Notes: a model not told the origin generated them from the sequence alone. DNA of 64,000 nucleotides from an uncultured Acidobacteriaceae bacterium (GCA_963798005.1 CAWCRZ010000020.1:22176-86175), one strand, 5' to 3'. Shown: positions 20,178 to 32,511, numbered from the stretch's first letter. Numbers and translations: made by a program.

Positions 20178-20333
20178 TTTGAAGGGGCATGGCTTTAGCC
20201 ATGCCGTAGACTTCGCTCAGATGTGCCGGCTTTAGCCGCTGAGGGACCGCTTCTAGATCCATGTTCCCTCCGGGGCTAAAGCCCGCCCGATTAAGAATTC
20301 CGAAGGGCACGGCTGAAGCCGTGCCCTTTCAAA
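20178..20333. repeat. two bipartite REP-like elements in opposite orientation
   Basis: The inverted unit TTTGAAGG-GGCATGGCTTTAGCCATGCC ... GCCGGCTTTAGCCGC spans 20178-20239. The forward unit GGGGCTAAAGCCC ... GGGCACGGCTGAAGCCGTGCCC-TTTCAAA spans 20272-20333. Together they nearly fill the gpx-proS gap. Confidence 0.8.
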
Positions 20334-20362
20334 CTGTGCCGCATTCTCTTTTACCTCTGCGT

Positions 20363-22503
<2,141 letters not shown>

Positions 22504-22508
22504 GAGGA

Positions 22509-22714
22509 CGCTTTTCGCGGTTCGCTATTCGCTTTTTGCCAGAGATGCTGGAGCAGGTTTTCGCGCTGGCCGACTTTGTTCGCTTTTCGCTCGAACCTGA
22601 ATCGCAAAGTGCAACACTTAAGTTGGATGTTCCTCTAAACTGAAAGGCGCAGCACCTGCCGCGCCTCAGTTGTAACCACAAGCGAAGAGCGAAAAGCGAA
22701 TGGCGAATAGCGGC
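22509..22714. repeat. oppositely oriented TTCGC-rich / GCGAA-rich low-complexity arms in the pdxT-pdxS gap
   Basis: The 10-mers CGCTTTTCGC (22509-22518, 22581-22590) and CGCTATTCGC (about 22522-22531) reappear as reverse complements GCGAAAAGCG and GCGAATAGCG at 22689-22712. The arms lie 5-6 nt from the pdxT start and the pdxS stop. Confidence 0.7.
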
Positions 22715-22718
22715 TTAC

Positions 22719-23657
22719 CTACCATCCCCTGGTCTGCAGGAGGTCTTTCTCTTCGATGGCGCCAACGGCGAGTCCCTTCATGGCGCCGGTCATCTGCTCG
22801 CTGACTTCGGCCAGCACCTTGGGATCGTCGTAGTGCGTGGTGGCGATCACGATGGCACGTGCGCGCGATTCCGCCTCTTCGCGTTCCGCTTTGAGACTCA
22901 GATCGAGCGCCGTCGCTCCGCCCTTCATGAAGATCCCCGAGCCCACGAAGACCGACTCTGCACCAAGCTGCATCATCATCGACGCGTCGGCGGGAGTGGC
23001 AATGCCACCGGCGGAGAAATTCGGCACCGGCAGCTTACCTGCTTTGGCAACGATACGCACCAGCTCGTAGGGAGCCTGGTGGTTCTTGGCGGCGGCGAAG
23101 AGCTCCTGTTCGCTCATTACCGTAAGTTGACGCATTTCTTTAACTATTTGCCGCATGTGCTTGACAGCATGGACCACATCGCCGGTGCCGGCTTCGCCCT
23201 TGGTGCGGATCATGGCAGCGCCTTCGGCAATGCGGCGCAACGCTTCGCCCAGGTTGCGCGCGCCGCAGACAAACGGCGTCTTGAAGGCGTGCTTGTCCAC
23301 ATGGTGCTCTTCGTCGGCGGGGGTCAGCACCTCGGACTCGTCAATGTAATCGACGCCGATCTCTTGCAGGATTTGCGCTTCGCCGAAGTGGCCAATGCGG
23401 CACTTGGCCATCACCGGGATGGAAACCGTGCTCATGATCTGCTTGATCAATTTTGGGTTGGCCATGCGCGAGACGCCGCCCTCGGCGCGAATGATGGCGG
23501 GCACACGCTCCAGCGCCATGACCGCAACCGCGCCGGCCTTCTCGGCCACCTCGGCCTGCTCCACGCTCATGACGTCCATGATGACGCCGCCTTTGAGCAT
23601 CTCGGCCAGCCCGGTCTTCAGACGCAGGCTGGTATTGTGTCCGTTGTTCTCTGACAT
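22719..23657 (-). CDS. pdxS: pyridoxal 5'-phosphate synthase lyase subunit
   Basis: [50 protein letters not shown] is near-canonical PdxS. The ATG at 23657 (MSENNGH...) is preferred. Confidence 0.92.
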   Translation of the reverse strand: MSENNGHNTSLRLKTGLAEMLKGGVIMDVMSVEQAEVAEKAGAVAVMALERVPAIIRAEGGVSRMANPKLIKQIMSTVSIPVMAKCRIGHFGEAQILQEIGVDYIDESEVLTPADEEHHVDKHAFKTPFVCGARNLGEALRRIAEGAAMIRTKGEAGTGDVVHAVKHMRQIVKEMRQLTVMSEQELFAAAKNHQAPYELVRIVAKAGKLPVPNFSAGGIATPADASMMMQLGAESVFVGSGIFMKGGATALDLSLKAEREEAESRARAIVIATTHYDDPKVLAEVSEQMTGAMKGLAVGAIEEKDLLQTRGW

Positions 23658-23874
23658 AAATTCTCCCGCAACAGCATTTAGCAATTAGCCGTTGGTTTTT
23701 AGTGTCGATCGAGAAAACTCAGCTAAGCGCCAGTTGGTAGCGCGATCGGATATCTCGCTGAACCCTTTATTTTACTCTGCGGCGACGGGCGGCGTAACCC
23801 CGCGCCGGATGGTCGTTGTCATTCGATTCAATTTCCCGGCGCACAGATCCTATACTTCTTTGTGACACGGAACC

Positions 23875-24372
23875 ATGGACACCTGTAAAATTCTGCCGAT
23901 GACCGAGCGGGACTGGGAAGCGGTGCGCGAGATTTACCGGCAAGGGATCGCGACCGGCAACGCCACGTTCGAACAAACAGTTCCTTCCTGGAAGGAATGG
24001 GATGAGCATCATTTGCCGTCGTGCCGGCTGGTGGCGCACGCGGCGGGCAAGGTCCTCGGGTGGGCGGCGCTGAGCCGCGTTTCATCCCGGCGCGTATATG
24101 AGGGAGTGGCCGAGGTGAGCATCTATGTCGGCGAAGGGGCGCGCGGCCACGGCGTTGGACGGCGATTGCTGGACGCCCTGGTAGATGCCACAGAACAGAA
24201 TGGCATCTGGACGTTGCAGGCCGGAATCCTTGCAGAGAATGCGACCAGCATTCAACTACACGAGCATGCCGGCTTCCGCATTGTCGGCATCCGCGAAAGA
24301 ATTGGCTGCCGGGACGGGCGCTGGCGCGACACGGTGCTGATGGAGCGCAGGAGCAAGGTAGTCGGGGTCTGA
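23875..24372 (+). CDS. GNAT N-acetyltransferase, phosphinothricin-acetyltransferase-like
   Basis: WEAVREIYRQGIATGNATFE...WAALSRVSSRRVYEGVAEVSIYV...RGHGVGRRLL...LHEHAGFRIVG fits the PAT/GNAT family. Confidence 0.75.
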   Translation: MDTCKILPMTERDWEAVREIYRQGIATGNATFEQTVPSWKEWDEHHLPSCRLVAHAAGKVLGWAALSRVSSRRVYEGVAEVSIYVGEGARGHGVGRRLLDALVDATEQNGIWTLQAGILAENATSIQLHEHAGFRIVGIRERIGCRDGRWRDTVLMERRSKVVGV

Positions 24373-24394
24373 AAGCAATTCAGCCAACGAGAAT

Positions 24395-24880
24395 CTAGGT
24401 CGCGTCGCTCTTCTTCTTCTTCAGATATTTGGCGAACATGCGATGGGCATCAATCTCGATGAACGTGGCTTTGCCGCTGGCCAGCACCTCGCCCTCGCGG
24501 TTGCGGATCTCGGCCGCGCGGTAGTGCTCGCGGCCGCGCACGCCCACGTCCCATCCTTCGACAAGGAGCGGCTTGAACAGCGGCACCGGCTTCAGATAGG
24601 TGATATGCATCTGGCTGGTGAGCGCGATCAGGTTGTGCAGCTTGCTGACCTTCCCCATGGCCTCGTCGAGAATGGTGGCGATGATGCCGCCGTGCGCGTG
24701 CGCCGGAGGCCCGACGAATCGCCGTTGTAGCCGGAAGCGGCAGACGAAGCGCTGGCGCTTCTTGTCGAGCACAAATTTCAGGCGGAGTCCCGCTTCGTTG
24801 CCGGGGCCGCAACCGAAGCAATGGTTGGTGATCTGCTGCTTCTTGACTTCGTGACCGTGAACGCGTTCGTGCCGGGGCAT
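24395..24880 (-). CDS. PaaI-family (hotdog fold) thioesterase
   Basis: CFGCGPGNEAGLRLKF...PPAHAHGGIIATILDEAMG is the hotdog thioesterase signature. The start could be 24880 or 24940. Confidence 0.7.
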   Translation of the reverse strand: MPRHERVHGHEVKKQQITNHCFGCGPGNEAGLRLKFVLDKKRQRFVCRFRLQRRFVGPPAHAHGGIIATILDEAMGKVSKLHNLIALTSQMHITYLKPVPLFKPLLVEGWDVGVRGREHYRAAEIRNREGEVLASGKATFIEIDAHRMFAKYLKKKKSDAT

Positions 24881-24947
24881 GTAGTGAAGATGAACGAGGG
24901 TGAGTGGAAATGCAAGAAGACGCTGCCCCTGAGGGTGCATCCTATAC

Positions 24948-25250
24948 TCAAAACAAGTGCGGGTTGTTCGGATCGCCGGAATCGATGGTGATGGTTTCCT
25001 CGGTTCTGCGGCGCGTATACCAGCATGGCTTGTTGTCCATCTGGGGAAACAATGAGTTTGTGCAACTCACGTCGTGACTTCCGCCGTCATCGTACTCCGA
25101 GTGGCCGTTCTTCAGCTTGACGATGTAAGTGGTGTGCACGGTGACGCTGCCGAAAGTGTCGCGCGCCGGTATTCCAAAGCGAACGGAGAGAAAGTCGCCC
25201 AGGTACAGGATGCCCACTGCCACCACCACAATGATGAGCTTGCGCCACAT
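24948..25250 (-). CDS. hypothetical membrane-anchored protein (100 aa)
   Basis: N-terminal transmembrane helix MWRKLIIVVVAVGILYLGDF. No family recognised. Confidence 0.5.
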   Translation of the reverse strand: MWRKLIIVVVAVGILYLGDFLSVRFGIPARDTFGSVTVHTTYIVKLKNGHSEYDDGGSHDVSCTNSLFPQMDNKPCWYTRRRTEETITIDSGDPNNPHLF

Positions 25251-25507
25251 GGCCTTATTCGCCGCCAGCGCACAATTGTAAGTCAGGAGGGGCGAAGCGC
25301 TTATCCCCCGGACTTTCCTGCTCCGAAATAAACCGGGGGAAACGGGTTGAGTTCCGTCGCGACCTCGCGCATCATAGTGTCACAGGGTGTGGAGAATACC
25401 GGCAAGCACAATCAGCTTCGACTGCAAGATATGCCCAGGCGGGCTTCCCGGCCTCACATCCCGGCCATCAAAGCAACCGCAGAGGAGCGCAGGATAGGAC
25501 AGCGCAG

Positions 25508-26257
25508 GTGAGTCGCCGTATCAGTATCCGGGAGCCGAGAACATCGCAGGGTGGCGGTGGCCGCGGTCCTACAGCCGGGTGGCCTGGTGGATGGGGCGGC
25601 AGTGGAGGTCGCGGTGGCGACGACCAGCCCAGCTACGGCGAGCGCCTTCGCCGCTACCGGCTAGCAGTTCTGCTCGCACTGGCATCAGTGGTGATGCTGT
25701 TCGTCTCCTTCACCACGGCCTACGTGGTGCGGAAGGCAGGCGCCGTGTGGGACCCGGCGCACAATGATTATGTCAGCAACTGGGCACCGTTGACCCTTCC
25801 GATTGGAATCCTACTATTCAACACGTTTGTGCTCGCGGTAAGCAGCTTCACATTGGAGATCGCGCGCCGGCGTGCCGCGCAAGACGTCGTCCTCGCTCCC
25901 ATCGCGGATATCCCAGGCATTCGGGTTAGCGTTAACCACGCCCTGCCGTGGGTGTGGACGACCATTGTCCTCGGACTGAGTTTTCTCGCGGGACAAGCCT
26001 ACGCCTGGCATCGATTACAACTGTCCAACATCACCTTCGCCACCAGCGCCAGCAGTTCCTTTTTCTTCATCCTGACGGGAGTGCACGCGGTGCACCTGGC
26101 TGGTGGCATCCTGGCGCTCCTGTTTGCTGGAGTCACGAGTTGGCTGCGTCGTCCGCCGGAGACCCGGCGCATCGTGATTGATGTCACGGCGTGGTATTGG
26201 CACTTCATGGGCGCGCTGTGGGTCTACATCTTCGCGCTATTGTATTTCGCCAGGTAG
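25508..26257 (+). CDS. heme-copper oxidase subunit III family protein (orphan), Gly/Arg-rich N-terminus
   Basis: Five transmembrane helices ending in FFFILTGVHAVHLAGGI...WYWHFMGALWVYIFALLYF, typical of CtaE/CoxIII. No subunit I/II genes are nearby. Confidence 0.7.
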   Translation: MSRRISIREPRTSQGGGGRGPTAGWPGGWGGSGGRGGDDQPSYGERLRRYRLAVLLALASVVMLFVSFTTAYVVRKAGAVWDPAHNDYVSNWAPLTLPIGILLFNTFVLAVSSFTLEIARRRAAQDVVLAPIADIPGIRVSVNHALPWVWTTIVLGLSFLAGQAYAWHRLQLSNITFATSASSSFFFILTGVHAVHLAGGILALLFAGVTSWLRRPPETRRIVIDVTAWYWHFMGALWVYIFALLYFAR

Positions 26258-26397
26258 ACGCGCGGGACCGCGAATCTAACGCAAACACCAACTCGGACAA
26301 ACATTTATAATAAGAAGTTTCGGCAGGGGTCCTTGATCCATTCTGTGCGGCGGGAGGCATCATATGCCCGCTGAAATACCTGCCGAACCTGGGGCCC

Positions 26398-29310
26398 ATG
26401 TCGAACGAGAGCATTACCGTACGCGGAGCGCGCGTTCACAATCTGAAGAACATCGACTTCGAGATTCCGCACAACACCCTGACGGTGGTCACGGGAGTTT
26501 CGGGTTCGGGCAAGTCGTCGCTCGCGTTCGATACCATCTACGCCGAAGGCCAACGCCGCTACGTCGAGTCGCTGTCGGCCTACGCCCGTCAGTTTCTGGA
26601 GCGCATCGAAAAGCCCGACGTCGACGTCATCGATGGGATTGCACCAGCCGTCGCCATCCGCCAGAAAAACACCACCCGCAATCCGCGCTCGACCGTGGCC
26701 ACGGCCACGGAGATTTACGATTACCTGCGTTTGCTCTATGCGCGCGTAGGCCGCACCTACTGTATGAACTGCGGGCTGGAGGTAAAGAAGGATACTGTCG
26801 ATGAGGTGGCGGACCGCATTCTCGCGCTTGGCGACAGCACTCGCGTGCAGGCGTTTTTCCCGGTCCAGCCGCCGCCTCTGCCATCGGTGCCGGAGAAACA
26901 AAAGGGCCGCCGCACAGCGAAGAAAAAGCCGGCGAAAGCTGACGATTCCCTGCTGAAGGAGCGCTTGTTCGAGCTGCGCAAACGTGGCTTTAACCGGCTC
27001 TATCAGAACGGGCGGCTGGTGGAGTTCTCCACTCCCGAGTCGTTGCTCGAACTCAACTTCGCCGAGCCGGTGCTTGTGCTGATCGACCGCATCTCGGTTA
27101 CGCCGGATGCCCGCGCACGAATCGTGGATGCAGTGGAACAAGGTTATCGCGAAGCGGGAGAAGTGCTGTTCGAAACTGCACCGAGCGATGGCGCGCAGCC
27201 GCAGCGCCTGCGCTTCTCGCAACGCTTCGAATGCAAGCAGTGCGGAATCCGCTACGAAGAGCCCGAGCCGCGCCTGTTCTCCTTCAACAATCCGTTCGGA
27301 GCATGTTCGCGCTGCCAGGGATTTGGCAACACCATCGACTTCGACCTGAACCTGGTCATCCCCAACAAATCGTTGACCTTGGCGGAAGGCGCCATCGAGC
27401 CCTGGACCAAGCCTAAATATCGGCCGCTCGCCACCGAAATGCGCCGTTATGCGCGGGCTGCGGACGTTCCGCTGGACGTGCCCTGGCAAGACCTCACTGC
27501 CGATCAGCAGAGCTTTATCGTCAGCGGCGACGATAAGTTTTGGGGCGTGCGAGGTTTCTTCGAGCATCTGGAGCGCAAGAAATACAAGCTTCACGTCCGC
27601 GTTTTTCTCAGCCGGTATCGCGGCTATTCGGTTTGCTCCGAATGCGATGGTCTGCGGCTGCGGCGCGAAGCCAGACAGGTAAAAGTCGGCGGCACAAATA
27701 TTTGCCAGATTTCCGCCATGACGGTGGAGGCGGCGACGAGCTTCTTCTCGCAGTTGGAATTAACCCGGCAGGAAGCCGGCATCGCCGACAAGTTGCTGGA
27801 GGAGATCAACGACCGGCTGCGCTACCTGAACGATGTCGGGCTCGAATACCTCACGCTCGATCGCCTGGCATCCACGCTTTCCGGCGGCGAGGCGCAACGC
27901 ATTCAGTTGGCGACTTCACTGGGCTCCCGCCTTGTGGGCACGCTGTATGTGCTCGACGAACCTTCCATAGGACTGCACCACCGCGACACCGCGCGGCTCA
28001 TCAAGATCCTGCACGACCTGCGCGACCTGGGTAACACGATTCTGGTGGTGGAGCACGATGCCGAGATCATGCACGCGGCTGATCGAATCATCGACCTCGG
28101 CCCGGGGGCGGGCGAGAACGGAGGACGCGTTATCGCCACTGGCAGCTACGAGGAACTGCTGCGCAATCCGGCTTCGCTTACGGGCCGCTATCTGAGCGGC
28201 GAACTGCGCATTCCTGTGCCGCCGGCGAGACGCACCGGGACCGGAAAGAAGCTGAAGGTGGTGGGGGCGCGAGCGCACAATCTGAAGAAGGTGAGCGTCG
28301 CAATCCCGTTGGGTATGCTGGTTTGCATCACTGGCGTCTCCGGCTCGGGGAAATCAACTCTGGTGCATGATGTGCTCTACAATGCCCTGGCCGCCGAGAA
28401 GGGGCAGGTCACTGGCGGACCGAAGGCCGAGGTCGAGAGCGTCAGCGGCGAGGAGTGGATCGACGAAGTTGTGCTGGTTGACCAGTCGCCGATCGGGCGG
28501 ACGCCGCGCTCCAATCCCGTCACTTACATCAAGGCCTTCGACGCCATCCGCGAGTTGTTCGCTTCCCTCCCCGAGAGCAAAAAGCGCGGCTACGCGGCAG
28601 GACATTTCTCCTTCAACATCCCTGGGGGCCGCTGCGAGGCTTGCCAGGGCGACGGCACGGTCACGGTCGAGATGCAATTTCTGGCCGATGTCGAGCTGAT
28701 CTGCGAGGAGTGCAAGGGCACGCGCTACAAGCCGGAAATCCTCGCGATTCGTTACCACGGCAGGAACATTCACGAGGTGCTGAACCTCACGGTGAAGGAG
28801 GCGCTGCACTTCTTTTCCGGCGTGCCCAAGATTGTAGACAAGTTGCGCGTTCTGGAGGAAGTTGGTTTGGGATACCTGCGGCTGGGGCAGTCGGCTACCA
28901 CGCTGTCTGGCGGCGAGGCGCAACGCATGAAGCTGGCGGCGCACCTCCAGCCTAAGCTGCGCGACATTGGACGACCGCAAAGCGAGCAGAACAAGCGCCA
29001 CCCGCGCATGCTCTACATATTTGACGAGCCGACGACTGGTCTTCATTTTGACGACGTTAGCAAGCTGCTAGCCGCATTCCGGCGTCTCATCGGGGCAGGT
29101 GGATCGATTCTGGTTATCGAGCACAATCTGGACGTCGTCAAGACGGCCGACTGGGTCATTGATCTTGGCCCCGAGGGTGGAGCGAAAGGAGGCGAGGTGG
29201 TCGCTGCCGGAACGCCAGAGACCATCGCCCAAGCGCCAAACTCTTACACCGGTCAGTGGCTGGCGCGCATCTTATCCCGCAACGGGAGCTCTACACATGA
29301 GCATCCATGA
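26398..29310 (+). CDS. uvrA: excinuclease ABC subunit A
   Basis: [63 protein letters not shown], two ABC modules and zinc-finger Cys clusters; the frame is intact over 970 aa. Confidence 0.95.
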   Translation: MSNESITVRGARVHNLKNIDFEIPHNTLTVVTGVSGSGKSSLAFDTIYAEGQRRYVESLSAYARQFLERIEKPDVDVIDGIAPAVAIRQKNTTRNPRSTVATATEIYDYLRLLYARVGRTYCMNCGLEVKKDTVDEVADRILALGDSTRVQAFFPVQPPPLPSVPEKQKGRRTAKKKPAKADDSLLKERLFELRKRGFNRLYQNGRLVEFSTPESLLELNFAEPVLVLIDRISVTPDARARIVDAVEQGYREAGEVLFETAPSDGAQPQRLRFSQRFECKQCGIRYEEPEPRLFSFNNPFGACSRCQGFGNTIDFDLNLVIPNKSLTLAEGAIEPWTKPKYRPLATEMRRYARAADVPLDVPWQDLTADQQSFIVSGDDKFWGVRGFFEHLERKKYKLHVRVFLSRYRGYSVCSECDGLRLRREARQVKVGGTNICQISAMTVEAATSFFSQLELTRQEAGIADKLLEEINDRLRYLNDVGLEYLTLDRLASTLSGGEAQRIQLATSLGSRLVGTLYVLDEPSIGLHHRDTARLIKILHDLRDLGNTILVVEHDAEIMHAADRIIDLGPGAGENGGRVIATGSYEELLRNPASLTGRYLSGELRIPVPPARRTGTGKKLKVVGARAHNLKKVSVAIPLGMLVCITGVSGSGKSTLVHDVLYNALAAEKGQVTGGPKAEVESVSGEEWIDEVVLVDQSPIGRTPRSNPVTYIKAFDAIRELFASLPESKKRGYAAGHFSFNIPGGRCEACQGDGTVTVEMQFLADVELICEECKGTRYKPEILAIRYHGRNIHEVLNLTVKEALHFFSGVPKIVDKLRVLEEVGLGYLRLGQSATTLSGGEAQRMKLAAHLQPKLRDIGRPQSEQNKRHPRMLYIFDEPTTGLHFDDVSKLLAAFRRLIGAGGSILVIEHNLDVVKTADWVIDLGPEGGAKGGEVVAAGTPETIAQAPNSYTGQWLARILSRNGSSTHEHP

Positions 29311-30655
29311 ACTGCGGGCGGCGCTCCTTTCGGGCTTGATACTGGCGGTTGGTTTCCTCCGGCTACCCGCCTCCCCGCAGGAGAGCAAGCCCACGGTCCG
29401 CCACCACCGCATAATGGAGACCGTTCCCGACGACAGCATCTCCCCGGACGTGCAGCAAGCGGAAACGGCGATGGAACATAGCGACTTCGCAACCGCCGAA
29501 ACACTGCTGCAGAAGGTAGTTGCAGCCAATCCGTCCGATTACCGTGCCTGGTTCGATCTGGGCTACGTTTACAACGCGACCAACCGCCTGGCGGAAGCTA
29601 CAGACGGTTATCGCAAGTCCGTGGCCGCCAAGCCGGACGTCTTCGAATCGAATCTTAACCTCGGCATGTTACTGGCGCGGCAAGGTCGCAATGCCGAAGC
29701 CGCCACGTATCTACAGGCGGCTACGCGGCTCAAGCCAACAACGGCACATCCCGACGAGGCGCTGGCGCGTGCCTGGCAAGCTCTCGGTCGCGTCGAGCAA
29801 AGTACCGATCCTCAGCCGGCGGCGGCGGCATACGCCGAGGCCGCAAGACTCGATCCGAAGAATCCCGAACCGCATCTCGCCGCCGCGGCGCTACTGGAAA
29901 AGCAAGGCAAGCTCGACGCTGCGGCGCGAGAGTTTAGTACTGCCTCCGACCTGGATCCAAAATCCCAACCTGCCCTTTCCGGACTGGCCGACATCTATAT
30001 CCAGCAGAAGAAATACCTGGAGGCTGAAGCTGCCCTGCGCAAGGTGCTGACCGCCGATCCCCAGAATGCGAATGCGCGCGCGCAACTGGGACGGGTTCTG
30101 GCTGAGGAAGGCAAGAGTGACGAAGCGGCGCAGGAACTACAGAAGGGAGTCGGCGCTGACAACGGGCAGACCGCCTTGGAGCTTGGAACGCTCTACGTGA
30201 ATGCCGGCAAGTATGCCGAGGCCGAGCAGCAGCTTCGAATCGCAGTGCAGAAGATGCCGCAGGACGCTGAGGCCCATTACGCGCTGGGCTCGCTGCTCAT
30301 GCACGTGAGGAAATATCTCGAAGCGCAGCAGGAATTGCTGCTGGCGGTGCAACTGAAGCCGGACCTGGCCGATGCCTACGGCAATCTCGCCGTAGTGGCG
30401 GCAGAAAACAAGAACTATCCGTTGACCCTGAAGGCGCTGGACTACCGCGCTAAATATTTGCCGGAGGGTCCGGCAACGTACTTCCTGCGCGCCACCACTT
30501 TCGATAACTTGAAGGCAGTGCCGCAGGCGGTGGAATATTATCAGCGCTTCCTGGCGGCCGATGCCGGCAAGCTTCCCGACCAGGAATGGCAGGCGCGCCA
30601 TCGGTTGATTGCGCTCGACCCTAAACACGCGGACAAGTATCAGATCAAGAAATAG
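29297..30655 (+). CDS. secreted TPR-repeat protein
   Basis: The ATG at 29297 overlaps the uvrA 3' end by 14 nt. Signal-like [21 protein letters not shown] is followed by about 10 TPR units (AWFDLGYVYNATNRLAEATDGYRKSVAAKP etc.). Confidence 0.8.
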   Translation: MSIHELRAALLSGLILAVGFLRLPASPQESKPTVRHHRIMETVPDDSISPDVQQAETAMEHSDFATAETLLQKVVAANPSDYRAWFDLGYVYNATNRLAEATDGYRKSVAAKPDVFESNLNLGMLLARQGRNAEAATYLQAATRLKPTTAHPDEALARAWQALGRVEQSTDPQPAAAAYAEAARLDPKNPEPHLAAAALLEKQGKLDAAAREFSTASDLDPKSQPALSGLADIYIQQKKYLEAEAALRKVLTADPQNANARAQLGRVLAEEGKSDEAAQELQKGVGADNGQTALELGTLYVNAGKYAEAEQQLRIAVQKMPQDAEAHYALGSLLMHVRKYLEAQQELLLAVQLKPDLADAYGNLAVVAAENKNYPLTLKALDYRAKYLPEGPATYFLRATTFDNLKAVPQAVEYYQRFLAADAGKLPDQEWQARHRLIALDPKHADKYQIKK

Positions 30656-30656
30656 G

Positions 30657-31106
30657 ATGGGCCACCTTTTCCGATATGCGGCAGTCGTCTTCGTGCTGGC
30701 TGGCCTGGCTCTGGGGACGGACTCTCCCGCCGAGCTTAAGGCTCGGGCTGACGCGGCTACGGGCGCCGCCCAGGCCAAACTTTGCCTGGAATACGCTCAC
30801 GTGCAACTGGCTACGGCCGACGATCTCTACAACCAGGGCGACGTCGAAAAAGGACACGCTACGGTCCGCGAAGTGGTTGAATACGCCCATAAAGCGGCAG
30901 CCGCGGCTTCCGCTTCGGGAAAACATGTGAAGGAAACGGAAATCGACTTACGCAAACTTTCCAAGCGGATGCACGACATCGCCGCGTCGCTGGCCTTCGA
31001 AGACCGGGACCCGGTCCTCAAGGCGGTAGACGAAATCGACCAGATCCGCTCGGAGCTAATGGTGAAAATGTGGGGACCGCAAGCCGAACCCAAGGGGAAA
31101 TCCTGA
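30657..31106 (+). CDS. hypothetical secreted protein (149 aa)
   Basis: The ATG lies 1 nt after the TPR gene stop. Signal-like MGHLFRYAAVVFVLAGLALG; helical; no family recognised. Confidence 0.6.
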   Translation: MGHLFRYAAVVFVLAGLALGTDSPAELKARADAATGAAQAKLCLEYAHVQLATADDLYNQGDVEKGHATVREVVEYAHKAAAAASASGKHVKETEIDLRKLSKRMHDIAASLAFEDRDPVLKAVDEIDQIRSELMVKMWGPQAEPKGKS

Positions 31107-31657
31107 TGCGTCCAACCCGGTGGTTGCTGAGGCTCGTCGCCGTGACCTGCTTCCTCGTTCCGTATGGCGCCTGCCAGCGCCATGATCCGCTCAACGCCAA
31201 GGAAATCGACGAGATGCGCGAGGTGGCCGACTATCCCAACAAGCGTCTCGAACTGATGACCGGTTTCGCGCGGGGCCGTTTGCTGTCGATCGAGCAACTG
31301 AGCGCCGATCCCAAGAGCGCCAAGGACCGTCCCGCACAAATCCACGATCTGCTGCAGGACTTCACCTCGCTGCTCGATGAAATCGATGACAACATTGACA
31401 TGTATGGCTCCCACAAGACCGACATGCGCAAGGGTTTGAAACTGGTGATCGAGGCTTCCAGCGAGTGGCAATTGCAGCTCCGTAAGTTGAAGCAGCAGTC
31501 GCCTCCGGAGGAGCTGAGCCAGTATTCCTTCGTGCTGACCAACGCCACAGAAGCGGTGGAGGATACCGCCGACAGCGCGCGCAAAGAGCTGCAAACCCAG
31601 AACGAGCTGGCAAAAGATAAGAAGCTAAACAAGATTTATTCGGAGCGGCCGGATTAA
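31106..31657 (+). CDS. hypothetical lipoprotein (183 aa)
   Basis: The start overlaps the upstream stop (TGATG). Lipobox-like FLVPYGAC; coiled-coil-like remainder. Confidence 0.6.
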   Translation: MRPTRWLLRLVAVTCFLVPYGACQRHDPLNAKEIDEMREVADYPNKRLELMTGFARGRLLSIEQLSADPKSAKDRPAQIHDLLQDFTSLLDEIDDNIDMYGSHKTDMRKGLKLVIEASSEWQLQLRKLKQQSPPEELSQYSFVLTNATEAVEDTADSARKELQTQNELAKDKKLNKIYSERPD

Positions 31658-31684
31658 TTCAGGCGAGAGCGCAATAACAAAGGA

Positions 31685-31707
31685 CCGCCACGTCCCCCAC
31701 GTGACGG
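31685..31707 (+). terminator. hairpin downstream of the uvrA-linked operon (no clear U tract)
   Basis: CCGCCACGT-CCCCC-ACGTGACGG with 8 of 9 pairs, 28 nt after the stop at 31657. Confidence 0.3.
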
Positions 31708-31804
31708 CCCATTGCCAATTGCAATTTACGTCAGCCTCAAGTTACCAGAGTTCGCCGCTTGAAGCAATGGCGACCTATGATCTTCATGGTACGTTAGTAA
31801 GAAC

Positions 31805-32491
31805 TTGCGGCCCGATCTTGATTACATCTTTCAGAAAGCCTATCGCGACCTGCGCCCGCGCGCGGCCATGCCGGAGTTCCGGCTGGAGTTCTATCCGTTC
31901 GCCAACGTAAACAACACCATCAGGCTGCGCGACTCCAGGCTGCACGTACGACTGTCCGACCTTCTGGAAAGCGCGCCCGAGAGCGTTATCGAAGCCGTGG
32001 CGCATATTCTGCTGGCCAAGGTTTATCGCCACCCCATCGAGGCTGCACAGGCAGGGCGTTTCCGGCGCTACGTCTCCAGCAAGGACATCCGGGCCAAGAC
32101 CCATCTGGTGCGGCAAATGCGCGGGCGCAAGCGCATTCAGTCGCCCCGCGGCGTCGTGTACGACCTTGACAAGATCTTCGAAGATCTTAACTTCCGCTTC
32201 TTTCACGGATTACTGGGGCGGCCGCAGATGACCTGGAGCCAGGTCCGCTCGCGGCGCAGTCTGGCGCACTACGATCCTGCACATAACGCCATCGTGGTGA
32301 GCAAGATTTTCGATCACTTCCGGGTTCCGCGCTACGCGGTGGATTACATCGTGTATCACGAGATGCTCCACCTCAAGCATCCGGTGAAATTGCGCGGCAC
32401 GCGCCGCTGCGTCCATGGGCCAGAGTTCCAAGCCGAGGAAAAACTTTTTCCGGAGTTGGAGAAAGCCCGGGCTTTTTTGAAACGGCTGTGA
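31805..32491 (+). CDS. SprT/YgjP(DUF45)-like zinc metallopeptidase
   Basis: C-terminal LAHYDPAHNAIVVSKIF...AVDYIVYHEMLHLKHP...HGPEFQAEEKLFPE carries HExxH in the context typical of the YgjP/SprT-like family. The TTG start is provisional. Confidence 0.65.
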   Translation: MRPDLDYIFQKAYRDLRPRAAMPEFRLEFYPFANVNNTIRLRDSRLHVRLSDLLESAPESVIEAVAHILLAKVYRHPIEAAQAGRFRRYVSSKDIRAKTHLVRQMRGRKRIQSPRGVVYDLDKIFEDLNFRFFHGLLGRPQMTWSQVRSRRSLAHYDPAHNAIVVSKIFDHFRVPRYAVDYIVYHEMLHLKHPVKLRGTRRCVHGPEFQAEEKLFPELEKARAFLKRL

Positions 32492-32511
32492 TGCACAGGA
32501 GCGACCCGGCG

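Noticed and set aside
26306-26311. TATAAT box upstream of uvrA as a promoter
   Set aside because: No acceptable -35 hexamer lies at 16-18 nt, and I could not recognise a LexA-type operator. The evidence is too weak to call.
26305-27594. 429-aa ORF on the minus strand
   Set aside because: Antisense shadow of uvrA. uvrA has unambiguous motifs in the plus frame.
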